A stretch of 64,000 nucleotides of DNA from the human T2T-CHM13v2.0 reference genome, Homo sapiens: assembly GCA_009914755.4 (NCBI GenBank), contig CP086569.2:3680001-3744000 (forward strand), given 5' to 3'. Numbering within the stretch: the stretch's first letter is position 1; the number at the start of each line of letters is the position of its first letter. Below are positions 1 to 16,600 of the stretch, piece by piece. Position numbers and translations under genes: made by a program. The notes beneath the pieces are model-generated. The model worked only from the letters and a program-made list of their open reading frames with translations. It did no database searches and had not been told where the DNA came from.

Positions 1-3047
<3,047 letters not shown>

Positions 3048-5365
3048 ATAATTAAATAAATAAATAAATAAAAAGACCTTCTGCAGTGCACAGAATATTA
3101 TGTTGGAAGAAAACATTTCCTTCAGACCTTTCAGAAAACATTGTTAGCATCAGGCCATAACAAAGAGAACCTGAGGTGGGGGAAAGCATATATGAGCTGA
3201 AAATGAGTTGAAGGAGAGCATTACCATTTCATGCCTTTTAAAAGCGGAGACAAAACAAAAATGATGAGATGTAATAAAAGTTGAACTTATGGTTAAAAAT
3301 AATGAAAATATCTTATAATGTATTCAGAGTAAATCAATCCCTTCAGAAATTTCACTCTTCTAACCAATTCTTTAGTGTGGAAGTGTTTTTTAACATCAAA
3401 CCTAATTTCTAGAAAGACCATTATAATTTCCCTTTAATTATAAACAACTTTATCACACAAAGATTTGTTTTTAATAAAGCCTCTAAGACTAAATTTACAA
3501 TACAAAATTTTTTACTCATATAAAATTATGTCTTTTTAAGCTTTCTCACCAACAAATAACTCTTTATTTCTGTAACTTTCTTCACATCTCTCTTATTTCC
3601 TGGCTCTTTTTACCTTGTTTTATATATAATATTTAAATAAAATTTGAGTTAGACAAAAAATGTTCACTGTTTTAAAAAGAACACTTTTTTAGAAAAAGAG
3701 ATTTTCTACAATATATTATTATCAAAAAATACCAAAATAATGAAATATCTATTATTTAACTTTAGATATTAAATTGTCATGTTTGTCTACAAGTTTTTAT
3801 CCTATTACATTTACCTAATTATTTTAATCATTTACATAGATTTTTTATGAAAACTGCAATAGTTATTATGTAAGTTATAAAACTACCATTGCAAAATTAT
3901 AACTGAGACAGTGAAACATATCTCACCTAACTGACTCCATCCTGTTTCTAACCTCCAGCTGTCCTTGTTTATTCCTGAACATAGGCCATAGTAACTTTGG
4001 AGGGAACTTAGTTTATGGTTTAGCTTTGAAACAAAGATAAGAACAGTTCTTTCTCAAAACAAAGCTCCTTACTACCTGTGGAATAGACTGCTTAAGGCCG
4101 TTATGGTAACTGTACTAAATAATTCCAGATGTAGCTATTTTTATTAAACCAATATCAATGTCTTATTTATCAAAAATCACACAAGCAAACATCATTCTGT
4201 TTTGGTCTGGGTTTTATAGTTTTGTATTGCCTGTGCCAAACTCTGACACATAGTAGTTGACAGGGATAAGTATGAAATTGCTTGATCAATAAATGCAAAT
4301 GAAAATGTATGCTGGAAGTTCCTAAGACATTTTTAATATTACTTTACCAATAATTTTCAACTAGCTTATTTATTAGCGAATTTACTTAAGTCATATAAAC
4401 TTGAAAAAACATTTAACTAGTCTTTCCTTTGTTCTGGTATTGATTTAAGTGTTTTTATTTCTCTTTAAGCCAATTAATTAGAGCTCTTTTATATATTTTA
4501 AATAGTGAAACACTGTGTACACAACCCATAAATACACAGACGTATTTGGCATGCCAATAGAAGTACATCTTATTGATTCATGAGACCTTTTTTTTTCCCC
4601 CATCTTAGACTTGCAATCTCTTGATAACCTGTTTCATTATCCTGGAAGTTGTCCGATAAATCTGCATATTAAAGGAAACAAGTCTTATGTGAAAAATCAA
4701 ATAGCAAAATTTACTTCTCAAGGTTCAGAGAGAAAAAATCTGGTGGTTCTAGAGGGAGATTAAAGATGGATGCCACATTAAACATTAAAATAAAAATTTA
4801 TCATAAGAGTGTATAAGAATACCAATTTTATTTAGATAGGGACTACCTATTTTTAACCGGATCTCTGAGCTCTGAGCAGAGCCCACACTGAATCGTGAGT
4901 CTCCAAAAGAAAATTATGAGACTAGGCCTGTGATGAGTTTACAGTGCACCATAATTTTTTTTAAACAAAGACATTTCTAAGTCTCTACACTCTTCCTTAA
5001 AAACCCAAGAGTAGCCTCTGTTGCAACAACTATCTTAGTCAAAAAATCAGGTAACACAATACAAAAGCAAGCAGTTTAAAGGCAGAGATAAACTTTTCTG
5101 TTTACACTCTTGGGGTTCCATAAGGAAAAACAGAGATTTCTCCCCAGAAGTGAGTCTGGCACCTTCTCCATTTTTTAATTAACCCCCAGGCAATTAGAAA
5201 CTATTTTAGGTCCCTCATGCAACAGAGGATGCAAGAGAAAGGAGAGACGCAGAAGTAAATAAAGGAAACAGAATTCAGTCAACTGAGAAGGAAATTAACT
5301 TTTGCTCAGAAAGGCAAAGTCCTAGGTGAAAAGAAAAGTAAAACAAAAATATGAAGACCTTTCAA

Positions 5366-5405
5366 ATACAAATACACACACACATGCAAACATACACACA
5401 TACAT
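5366..5405. repeat. Imperfect (CA)n-type microsatellite
   Basis: caaatacaaatacacacacacatgcaaacatacacacatacatc. Confidence 0.6.
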
Positions 5406-6419
5406 CTTGGATGCTGGCTTTTAGTTAAGCTGACTTTTAACCATTGAGCTCCTTTAAAAAAATCTTTTTTTAAAAATCTCATTACCGTATTTCAGCTAGA
5501 GAAAATTGCTGCTACTTCAGAAGTACCAAGTATCAAACCAGAAACGGCTTGTTTTAGGAACCAAACCCAGGCTGCCATGGTAAAAAACAAAGGCAGAAGC
5601 ATAGCTATGGAACTACAGTATGGGGAAACAACCATTGCTCTTTTAGTTTGGACTGGCTAGTGAAATGGCTAGTGAAAAGGTGGCCTTGTTATGTAAATAA
5701 AGCCCCTTAAGAAGTCAAAATAAAAAATCTTTTTCTTTTGCAGGCCATTTCCCCCTCAACTATACCACCTTTTTGTGGGGAGCGGGGAGGGGGAATTTAG
5801 CCACTTTAGGGCCTTGTTCCCCATAATTTGAAACTTCCTTTTGGATTTTATCAAGTCAGATAGAGCTGATGAAACCCAATGGGAAAAAGACTGAAACAAC
5901 AACAAAAACAGAAACAAACAACAACAACAAAACCGTTAAGCAAAACAAATGATCGCACAACTTATACAATTACTTAGCACTCTAATGGTAAGGAGAAATT
6001 AAGACAAGCTGGTTGTTAATCTTAACTTTAGCAAGGACAAACCCCAATTGAGCTAATCACCTAGGGATGGGCCTCAGGCTGAAGACTGTCCATCCTAGAA
6101 GCAGGAAAAAACTCAAATTTGTCTTCCCTGTTGGAAGCGAGCTCAAACTCCATAAAAAAAGTTACCCATCTTCCATCATCATGAAAGCAGGAAAACTTGC
6201 ATTTCTTGTTACTCGCAAGTAAAATTCCATAAAAGGGAGTTGTACAGCAAAACATACTTCAAATCTCGACCAAATTTTGGGATACCAGGGATTCTTTGGA
6301 CGGGGTGCTTCCAGGCCTAAGCAAATTGCCCTATTGGTTTGAGCCATAAAGATAGCTCAAGCTGGTACCAAGCACCAATAGGAGATTTGTCAAAGGTCAA
6401 GGATGCTTCTACTCAGAAT

Positions 6420-7167
6420 CTCTTCATGATTGCCAAAATGTGAATGATGAATATCTAAGACAGGTCTCAGGAAATTTAGGAAGGTTATTTTGCCAAGGTT
6501 TAAGATGTGCACCCATTACACAGCCTCAGGAGGTCCTGACGACACATGCCCAAGGTGGTCAAAGCACAGCTTGGTTTTTACATTTTAGGGAGACATGAGA
6601 CATCAATCAATATCTGTATGATGTACATTGATTCCGTCCAAAAAGGTGGGACAACTCAAAGCAGCGAGGGGGCTTCCAGGTCACAGGTAGATGAGAGACA
6701 AATGATTGCATTCTTTTGAGTTTCTGATTAGCCTTTCTAAAGGAGGCAATCAGATAGGCATTTATCTCAGTGAGCAGAGGGATGATTTTGAATAGAATGG
6801 GAGGCAGGTTTACCCTAAGCAGTTCCCAGCTTGAGTTTTCTTTTTAGCTTAATTATTTTGGGGTCCCAAGATTTATTTTCCTTTCACAGAGATCGTATAC
6901 CAGTTGAGCTCTGCCATTTTCCTCTTAGTACGCATGCTTCAGCTCACTCACCCAACTCCTGAGATCTTACCAGGAAGCTACTGATCACCAGTTTCCGGTT
7001 TTTTCTATCTACAGGTAAACTTGCTTTCTCTGGTGCTGGCTGTGGCCAATTACTATTTTAGAGGGGCAGTGTAACTGCTTGACCATCACCTGATGGTTGC
7101 CTGATATTCCTTGTTGAGGAGGCACCCTTTCCTGCCCTGTTCATGTCTGACTAGCTATTTACTGTAA
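6420..7167 (+). mobile_element. Solo LTR-like element, family 'A' variant. Its 3' ~275 bp are shared with the copies at 12990-13667 and 41851-42504. The 5' boundary is uncertain.
   Basis: 6895-7167 (tataccagttgagctctgccattttcctcttag…ctgatcaccagtttc…gactagctatttactgtaata) aligns with 13404-13667 and 42228-42504. The 5' part is different, as expected for a divergent U3. No PBS follows the element. Confidence 0.4.
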
Positions 7168-8644
7168 TATTTCTTCTCTCAAGAGTCCAAGACCCCAATT
7201 ATTTGGGGAAAATGGATGCAGGTCCATCTTCTGTAACTGCTGCCTGCTGACAGAGGGGCAGTGATGGTTGTTCTGTGGGTCTTGGCCTGTTTCTAGCTGT
7301 AAGGGTAGGAAGGTGGCTTCATGATTTGGTAAAAGTGGTATCCAACCAGGTCCTAGGGAGACAGGGGCAGGATTTTGCCTCCATTATCTGGAGCTGGATG
7401 GTGTGAAGCTGAGAAGACAAACTGAGTTATTAGAATGTCAAAACAAATTAAGTGGGTAATAACAGCTCCAAAAAATTCCGAGACTGCCAACATGCCCAGG
7501 TAACTGGTCGCTGTATTCATGCCTGCTTAGTCTTGGATTTATGGGGTTGCTAACTGATTGCAGTATGTGCCCAGAATTAGAATATTGATTCAGATTTTTA
7601 CATTACCTATCCCTTTGTTTCTTCGGAGCTGCAGCCAGAGATCACTGGTTGGTTCACAGAAATAGGCAGGGTTAGTCTAAATTGCAGATAAAAACTCAAA
7701 AACAACTGATGAGACTAGAATCTAATAATAGGTATACCATAGTTCTTGAAACATAATTTTTCAGTCTCCAGTCCTCATTTGTTATTCAAAACAAATATAG
7801 CGTTGTTTGCAAAAAAAAAAAAAAAACTTTAGTCTTATTTTCTTATTTTACTTGGCCTGATTATTTGCATAAAGCACAGCAAAAATAATTATTTGCCATA
7901 TAGCTTTCTTTTTAATTTGGCTTTGATGCAACTTCATTCCATAAGGAATCTCAGATAAGACTCTGTTTGAAGCCTTAAGCACAGCCATGGATTGGTGCCA
8001 TTAAATACATTTATGAGGGGTGAATTTCTCTCCTATTGAGGTCTCAAAATAACTTGGGGTTCCTGTGATTGTTAGAAAGTGACATTCTTTACTTATCACA
8101 GTTCAGGAACTCTGTACAGGGACAAGGACAAAATATGTGGAGAAAAGCTATGAGGCCAGTTTTCCCAAGGGGCTTTTCTAGACTCTATAAGTAAAGTTTG
8201 ATTTCTTAAAGGAAAGTACACCATTCTAGTCAAAGCCTTGGTATAATAAAATAACCAGTTTCTCCAGTTATGTCCTGTTGTAAAAGAGAACAGATTCTTA
8301 TTGCACATATGCAAATAACTATATTGCCATAAGTTAAGAATACTTCACAGATAGTTTCCAAATTCTGGAGAAATCAGGTAGAGAGAAATAAATATGCTCC
8401 AAGTTTTGTCTACAGGAGTGCTCAATTGTTAAAAGCTATAAGTAGCTCAAAAGAAAAATTTTCTTGGCTTTGAAAAAACAAAGAATGGATTGGCAACATT
8501 TTAAGCGAAAGTCAAAAAAGATTACTTTGGTCTTTTATTAGTTAAATGTATGCAACTATTTCCTGTTTTGCTTGAAATTTATAAACACATTAGTAAAGTC
8601 CTGTAGCTGATTATGTAACCACCTTTTAGAGGATTAAAACAAGG

Positions 8645-8940
8645 TGATATGGTTTGGTTCTGTGTCCCCACCCAAGTCTCATCTTGAATTATACTCCCAT
8701 AATTCCTGCATGTTGTGGGAGGGACCTGGTGGGAGATAATTTGAATCATGGGACAGTTCCCCCATATTCTTCTCGTGGTAGTGAATAAGACATACAATAT
8801 GTGATGGATTTATCAGGGGTTTCCACTTTTGCATCATTCTCATTTGCTCTTGCCACCACCGTGTAAGAAGTGCCTTTCACCTCCTGCCATGATTCTGAAG
8901 CCTACCTAGCCATGTGGAACAGTAAGTCCAATTAAACCTG
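8645..8940 (+). mobile_element. MaLR LTR (THE1/MST-type), 3'-truncated
   Basis: tgatatggtttggttctgtgtccccacccaagtctcatcttgaattatactcccataattcctgcatgttgtgggagggacctggtgggag … ccatgtggaacagtaagtccaattaaacctg matches the THE1/MST LTR consensus as I remember it. Confidence 0.8.
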
Positions 8941-10170
8941 AGGTGAGACTGAGGTAGTCCCCGATGGAGATGAAGAACTTGTTGGGAGCTGGAGCAAATG
9001 TGACTCTTCTTATGTTTTAGCAAAGAGACTTGTGGCATTTTGCCCCTGCCCTAGAGATTTGTGGAATTTTGAACTTGAGAAAGATGATTTAGGGCATCTG
9101 GTGGAAGAAATTTTTAAGTAGTAAAGCATTCAAGAGGTGACGTGGGTTTTGTTAAAGGCATTCAGTTGTATAAGGGAAGCAGTCTGACCATAAGGTAAGA
9201 ATCTCATAAACCTTTTATAAGCCTTTACCATTTTCTGTTAAAGAGCAGAATAATGCTCTAGGCAAAATGTGTCATGCTTTTTATTCCAATGTTCAATTTA
9301 CAGATAAACTGAATAATACCACTTTAGTTGTAGCTAATATGTCCACAACCACAATTTCTTTACAAGATGAATTTTTCACAAGCCTTGCACGACTTGCCTA
9401 AACCTTTAGCTATACCCTAACTTAAAACAATCTTTTAACCCTCTAAGTAAGGCAAAATATCCACATTCCCATGCCTTCTTATAATCTTCTACCAAAAGCA
9501 CATTCTACTTTCCTTGCATGCCTTGTGTGTAAAACTGTTTTTCCAATAGACTCAGGTACATATTACAATGTTAACTCTTAGCAACTTTTAGTTTTGGGGA
9601 AATACCTGGTAAGTAAGCAATTCTAATTATGTACTAGGTATCTAGCCTAGGACACCAGACAGCAGTGCAGATAAGGTTTGAAACTTTGTTATAGCTAGGG
9701 ACCTGATTAACTTTGTATGTCCCCAGGCCTTACCTAGCTTGAAAGCAAACAATTTGCATAATTAAGAGTCTTAGTAGCAGTTTATGAAGCATAAAGGAGG
9801 CTTAATAGCCTTTAAATTGTTTAATATTTTTTTCTTAAATTTCCTTTCATGAGTCTTCTCCCAACTTACACAAATCTTCTACAACATGTTTTAACTTTCT
9901 GATTTGTCCTAAACATTCCTCTTTTTAAACACCCTGTTATTTTACTCTGGGACAACAATTTACCATACAAGATATTTTCTTATATAAAATCCCTTTTCTT
10001 TATAACATTCCTTACCAAAAATACCTCTTTGCCTTTATAACCTTTGAATTAGACAAAAGTCATTTTATTTTTGTTAAGAAATTATGGTTTGTACTACATG
10101 TTGCTGTGTATATACTGTGAAGAGGGAGCAAATAGGCAGGTTATCTGCATACTGCAGATGTTACCTCCCC

Positions 10171-10404
10171 TCAAGAGATTGCTTGGTAAGATTTTTTTAG
10201 GGCTTTTCTGAATAAGTGTGGACTATTTCTAAACCCATGAGGTAGGACTGACCAGATTGAAGTAGTTATTAGGGAGAAAGATAAATTCAGAGGTAGGGTA
10301 AATATTAAATTCAGAGGTAGGGTAAATATTAAGAAGTCATCCATCTTAGAAAGTACATTTTTGCCCTGAAGTGTGAATACTCTTTTGGAGGAAGGTAGTG
10401 CCAT
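10171..10404 (-). pseudogene. Retroviral pol RT remnant (LPQG-box region)
   Basis: …IWSVLPHGFRNSPHLFRKALKK… in the 77-aa ORF. Confidence 0.55.
10283..10330. repeat. Perfect 24-bp tandem duplication (2 copies) inside the ERV RT remnant
   Basis: aaattcagaggtagggtaaatatt is present twice back to back. On the minus strand it translates to the duplicated IFTLPLNL. Confidence 0.9.
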
Positions 10405-10610
10405 TAACCTCCATTAGCCAATAGGAGTTGAAAGAGAGTTGCTCAGGAAAGATTAGCTCAGACTAGGCAGCTCTTAAGCCCAAAAGGGAAATTTATAATT
10501 TTACTTGCCTCCTCCAGAGTTGCTCTTGGCTTTGTTCCATTGATGATGTCTGATCTGGGAGCCGATTGGTCCAGACAGCCCATTCTGCTCAAGGCCATAA
10601 AAGGTTGGGA

Positions 10611-10820
10611 TTATTTCCCAGGGGCCCTTCCGCTCTCAGGGCAGTCCTGTTCCAGCGGCCAAGCTTGTGGCAGAGGGGCAAGCTGTGTGCAGCTTTTGCC
10701 ATTTATCCCATTGGGACAGTTTGCCTTCCAGTGGCCTGGCTTACTGCACCAATGACAGTTACCTGAAGGAGTGTTATTAGGGCAACCTGGAAGGGGCTGG
10801 AGAGCTTGTAAAGCAGTCAA
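10611..10820 (-). pseudogene. Retroviral gag nucleocapsid remnant (Cx2Cx4Hx4C zinc knuckle)
   Basis: …SGNCHWCSKPGHWKANCPNG… in the 69-aa ORF. Confidence 0.65.
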
Positions 10821-11097
10821 AATAGTTAGCCTGCGTTTCTCCTGTTCTTAGCCCTGTTGTCCATATTCTACTCTCAGTTATAAAAGACTGAGGAAGCTAA
10901 TCTCAAGACCTCCATCACAGGGGCACTGCATTCCAAGGCTGACTTTTGTAATTTTTTCCCACTTTATTTTAAAGCCAAACAATATTAAAACAGAAAACTC
11001 ATTTTATGTGTTAAGGTTTAGGGGAATCACACATTTTCCAGTTTTAGGGGAATGCATCTGAGGGGCATGTCCTGTGGTATAAAGATGTGATTGCTAG

Positions 11098-11406
11098 GCT
11101 GGATGCAGTGGCTCATGCCTGTAATCCCAGCACTTTGGGAGGCTGAGGGGGTGGATCACCTGAGGTCAGGAGTTTGAGACCAGCCTGACCAACATGGAGA
11201 AACCCCATCTCTACTAAAAATACAAAATTAGCCGGGTGTGGTGGCACATGCCTATAATCCCAGCTACTCAGGAGGCTGAGGCAGGAGAATCTCTTGAACC
11301 AGGAGGCAGAGCTTGTGATGAGCCAAGATCACGCACTATTGCACTCCAGCCTGGCCAACAAGAATGAAACTCCATCTCAAAAACAAAACAAAAAAACAAA
11401 ACAAAA
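11098..11406 (+). mobile_element. Alu (AluS-like), full length
   Basis: ggctggatgcagtggctcatgcctgtaatcccagcactttgggaggctgag… followed by a poly-A/(AAAAC) tail. The TSD aaagatgtgatt sits at 11081-11092 and 11407-11418. Confidence 0.95.
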
Positions 11407-12989
11407 AAGATGTGATTACCCATCTGCAAAGAAAACAGGAGAAAAGAAAGAAAAAAGAAAGAAGAAGGTGTTCCCTCTACTTTTCTATTATTCTGAATGG
11501 GGCATCTCCCATTGTCCTTAGGGTTCCAGAATTAACCAGTTTTACCATGTACCTTTGGTGTCATCTGTTCACAATTATCCACTTGAGAACAGAGGAGATA
11601 CTGGAGTGAACAGTGGGCCCCCTGTTTATCCTTGGGGTTCTGGAATGAACCCGTCTTACTGTGTACCTGTAACCTTGCCTTTATCTCTGTTCTGATGGTA
11701 ATCGGTTAGCCTGGGACCAACCTTCATCTCTGCCCTATGGGTCTCTTGCACCTGCAGCCTTGGCCCGGCCTATATCCTTGTCTTCGTGACCTTGTAATGA
11801 CTGTTGCGTAAAGCCTTCCAGAAAAACGTATACATATTTTCTTAGATTCTCATTTCCCATGTTCTTTAAGTAGATGAGAAGCCTTGTAGCTAACTGCTAC
11901 AAGGGGGCTGGACTTTCCTCCCCACTTGCTTCAAATATGACCTTGAAGGTCTTGATGCATATTGAGAAGGATGCGAAAATAATTAGAGAAATGGAGGCCA
12001 CAGGAAGAAGTGAGAAGAAGCAAGAATCCAGCAGCCTTTGGATTCAAGAGGGTAATGTTTATTTGCCCTCTTGATGTAAAGTAGTAACTTCCGGAGGACT
12101 TGGGGCTTGGGATAAGAACTCATAAATGGCAAAGAAAAAAATCCCCTCCTGCAAAAAAGGTGCTAACTCAAAAAAGCACAAATAGGTGGGCTCCTTCAAG
12201 GGCAAGAGTGAGGCCCTATATAGGTGGACAAACTGCTTCAAGACCCTGGGAAACTTGGCCCTGGGGCATAACAGGAATTAAAAGCATATGCTAAGTTATA
12301 AGGAGATGGCAGAGCTAGGTTCCAATTATTGTCTGTCCTGGCAATGGGCCAGTGGACATCCGAAAGGAAAGCCGTTTCTTTGCTGCTGTGCAAGTGCAGT
12401 AACAGCCACAGGTGCAAGAATAACAGGAAGTGTGTGATGAGGTCACGTGACATGTGAAGTAAAAGCAAAGGGTTGGAGTTGCCCCTGAGGTGGACAGTCT
12501 GGTGGGTGTGCAAGGCCATTTTAGAACACACACAGAAAAAAAAAAATTGGCAATGTGAGGTCTTGGGAAAGAGCCCATTTTAGTTGAAAAAGCAGACGAA
12601 TCCCCAGCATTGCACGGTTTTAGGTTTTATCCCTACCACTCTCATGAGCCACCTGTCCAGGAGGGCCATTAGTGCCTCCATTCTACTCAGTTCAGACCCC
12701 AAGGCCAATCCCATCCCCACGAGTCACCCTTCTGGGTGAGCTGAGTGATAAGCTGGGGAAACAGAGTCACTTACGGCCAAAAGGACTTGTTCTAGATGTT
12801 TGTTAATAAGAAGAAGGGAGACAGGGAGAAGAAACCATGTGCAGTGGTTGAACATCCCCAGCCGAAGAAGATGAGGGGTAGAGATCTCTTAACCACTAGG
12901 GAATGTATTCAAATCATGTAGCACCAAAGTATGTTAGCAGTGGAAGTTATCTGAGTCATATGGCACCAAAATATTTTGGCAGCAACAAA

Positions 12990-13667
12990 TCTGTATGGGT
13001 CTGCAGCAACCTCGATTCTTGCCATCTCAGAAGAAATAATTCAACTGAGGAGCCTAAGGTAGAAGGAGAAACCCAGGGAAATTTTAGAGCAGGAGTAAAA
13101 CTTTATTTTAAAAGCTCTAGAGCAGAAACAAAAGGAAGGAAAGTATACTTGGAAGAAGGTCAAGTGGTCAACTTGAAAGACAAGTGTGCAGTTTTACTTT
13201 TTGACCTGAGGTTTTATATGTTGGCATAATTCTGGGGTTTTGCATAACTTCTCCCCTGACTTCACCTTTGGGGTGGGCTGTCTGCATGCGCAGTGGCCTG
13301 CCAGCAGTTGGGAGGGGAGCATGTGCGGTGTGTTTACTGGAGTTGTATGAATGCTCACTTGAGGTGTTCTTTCTTTACCAGCCAAATGTCCCTAAGAAAT
13401 CATATACCAGTTAAACTCTGCCATCTTGCCTCTTAGGCATTTTTCCAACTCCTGATATCTTATCGAGAAGCTACTGATCACCAGTTTCAGGTTTTTTTTC
13501 TATCTGTAGGGAGACTGCCTTTCCCTGGCACCTGCTGTGATCAATTATTATTTTAGAGACTGTGTAACAACTGCCTGACCATCACCTGATGGTCCCCTGA
13601 TATTCCTGGTGTCAAGGAAAAACTCTCTTCCACCCTGTTGGTGTCTGACTAGCTACCTATTGTAACA
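12990..13667 (+). mobile_element. Solo LTR-like element, family 'A'
   Basis: tgtatgggtctgcagcaacctcgattcttgcc…ctgactagctacctattgtaaca is ~85% alignable over ~650 bp with 41851-42504. It has TG…CA-type ends and no adjacent PBS or internal region. Confidence 0.5.
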
Positions 13668-16600
13668 ACTTGAGATAATGATCTCTGGTTCCATCTAAGT
13701 TGCTGCAAAATACATTATTTCATTTTTAGAATAATCAACATAATTTGTAGAACTATATTTAAAACTATGCTTTTGTCCAGATTATTCCTAATAGAATATT
13801 TATTCATCCTCAGAGAGTGAATCTGCTTATTCTGGATTCATGCACTAGCCTATTTATATCCACAAATCTGTGTGTACTTATTTCTATCTATTACGTTTGA
13901 ATAATTTTTTTAAAAAATAAACTTCCTTTCTCTTTACAAACAAGAGTTGGAATGATACAGATGTCTCTGTGTGTGTGTTTGTAGTAATTTTTTGCCTGCT
14001 ATAATCTTCTAGGTAAGATTCTTCTTTGTCTTTAGGTATGCAAAGATTTGCCTCCTTATAGTATTATTTTATTTTATGTATTCATTTAATATCTTAATAA
14101 ATAGGCTAGAGAAAGGTGATTTTTTTCTGTTTTTTTTTTTTGTATGTTTACATAGTCAGATGTTTAAACAATAATTGTAAGAATATCAATATGCATTTTA
14201 TGATAATTTAGTTGTCATTTTTGAAATTGTTCTCTATATGTGATTTACAAACAAGGTAACCCTCTCATGAGTATTTGATATTAAGGTCAGCAGTCTTGTA
14301 TGCATTGTTGTCCTTCTGTTTAGAACAGCGGTGTCTAATCTTTTGGTTTCCCTGGGCCACATTAGAGGAAGAATTGTCTTGGGCCAAACATAAAATATAC
14401 TAACACTAATGATAGCTGATAAGCTAAAAAAGAAATCACAAAATAATCTCATTATGTTTTCAGAAAGTTTATGAGTTTGTGTGGGGCGGCATTCAAAGCT
14501 GTCCTGGACTGCATGTAGCCTGTGGGTCAGCTTGGTTTAGAAGCAGTCAGTGACTTCCTCCCTAATGTTACCAGATTCTTGAATTTAAAACAGTGTGACA
14601 ATTGAAACAGCCTGGGAACAATTACTGAATTCATGGAGGTTTACCAACATACTGTTGATACCACTCACTCGCTAGGGAATATGTAAAGTAGAATTTTGCT
14701 ACATGGAAAGCAATTCTCTCCACCAAAGTGGTTTGGACCTCTGGAAAGGTTTACAGATTTCTGCAAAGAAAAGGAGATGGAGAGATTGTATCCTAGTTAA
14801 AGAATATGGTAACTTTGTTTCCGATGATTAATGGCTTTAAAACCTTGTGTTTTGGGGATATTAAATTTGAAATCAGTTGATCTTTACTCAAAAACATAAA
14901 ATCCCCAATAAGTAAATGCCAATTTTACACTTTTAACAATCCTGGACAAGGGATAGAACATAGAGCTTTATTAACAATCCATCTAATAGGTGTAATAGAA
15001 AAAAAATCAGTTTTCAAAATCATATGATAATAGAGGTTTTGAAATGCATTTACCATCTATTTCATACTCTCACTTTTTAGTGTTAAAAACAAAATTATTT
15101 ATACACTTGTTAAAATGGTAAGGAAGAGTTTATTCAGAGCTGTTGCTATAGATGTAAAAACTTTTGCAGTAGGGGAGAGTGATCTGGTTCAAATCTGAAT
15201 GCAGAAAGACAGCTGTGGCTAATAGCCAAGGAGCAGAGACGGGAAAAGTTGAGGAGGGTTTCAGTGGATAGCAAACTACAAAGAGAAGATATCAAGAATG
15301 GGAGATTCTTGCTAAATTAACTGATTTAGTAGAATTCTTTCTAAAACTGGGCTATGCAGTTTAAAGATTAGATGGGGGCTAATGTGAATGTTTAAACCAA
15401 AATAAGACTTAGAGGAGCCTGACTATAGTTCAGTCAAGGAGAGAGTCTTTCTCAATAGGAAGAGAGAAAGAAAGAACAGAAAACATATGCAACTTGCAGA
15501 TCAAGAAAATACTTCATTGCAGATAACTTTAATTTAAAATCCCTTGCAAGCTTTTATTTATTGAGGAATTTACCCTAAGTAACCTCCAGAGTTGATTTAG
15601 TCAATCTTGACCCTGTTTCTCAGACCTGTTTCGGTGATATTTGATGTACTGGACATTGTTAGAATAAATTCAGGCCTTGCATCCTGAATCTCTAGTCTTC
15701 TATTCTAGATCACTCCCAAAGTCACTGATTAGCAAAATGACCTCTGATGCTTTCATTCATGGATTCCAGGTACTTATAATCTAGTAGAGCCTGTGGCCAA
15801 CCATGTAAGTGTCTGAAGTTCCACTTTGTACCACTTTGCAGCTGAAGAATTCTTTGGCTGCAGTTTCTTTTCTTATCCACCTGGTTCTCCCAGGGTGTCA
15901 CAGCTCTTAAAGTTTTTACTATCCATGAAGTTCAGCCATAATTATAGCAGTGTTCTTTGAGTCTCCATATAAAGAAATACATTTTGCTCAAAACACATTT
16001 GGTCCTATGGTCACTGATAAACTTAATTTCATTTTCACTGATTATTGTTATATTATTGATATTGTTCAATGAATTAGTACCTCATCAACACTGATGACCT
16101 TCCCACTCTTATAAGTGCTTCTTCAATTCTTCTTTAGCGTTGTAGTGATACTTTGAATTAACAGGTACTACTTTATTTTCAAGAGGTTTTCATATTGCCT
16201 CCTTTGTTTCCTCAGTTTTATTTCTATTCAATCATTAGACATTGAAAGAACAAGAATGAGTAATTCAGTATATGCCAGAGAGATAGCTACACTTTATAGA
16301 TTTTGTAGTTCCTTACATGTACTGTTAACAATGCTTATTTCAAGTTGCCTGAGTTTATTGACAATGCTGGGCTGTTGTGCCACCTCCATGACCCAAGACT
16401 CCCTTCTGAGAAACAAAATTGTAGTTGCAGAGCTAGTGTGCCACAGGACAAGATATGTAGAAATGGTACATTTTCAAACAAGAAAAAGTGATAGCACCTC
16501 CATCATACATTTTTCTGTGTGCTAGCCCCCAACCCCCTGCCACACCAGAAATGAGTAATGATGAGAATAGAATCTGTAAATATCAGGTATTTGTCACTGG

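Larger units (their letters stand above)
10171..10820 (-). mobile_element. Endogenous retrovirus internal fragment (class I / gamma-like), gag-NC plus pol-RT pieces, internally deleted
   Basis: The minus-strand ORF 10611-10820 contains a CCHC zinc knuckle (GNCHWCSKPGHWKANCP). The minus-strand ORF 10171-10404 contains the RT motif WSVLPHGFRNSPHLF, which corresponds to LPQGFKNSPTLF. The two motifs lie only ~200 bp apart, so protease and the RT N-terminus must be deleted. Confidence 0.6.

Noticed and set aside
8941-9560. Possible THE1/MST internal region following the LTR at 8645-8940
   Set aside because: The LTR is 3'-truncated and I cannot recall the internal consensus well enough to support a call. 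It is left unannotated.
6420-13667. Two same-orientation family-A LTRs flanking ERV gag/pol motifs, read as a full-length provirus
   Set aside because: The gag/pol remnants are on the minus strand while both LTRs are + oriented. No PBS/PPT adjoins either LTR. A THE1/MST LTR and an Alu lie between them. I judge them to be independent solo LTRs plus an unrelated ERV fragment.
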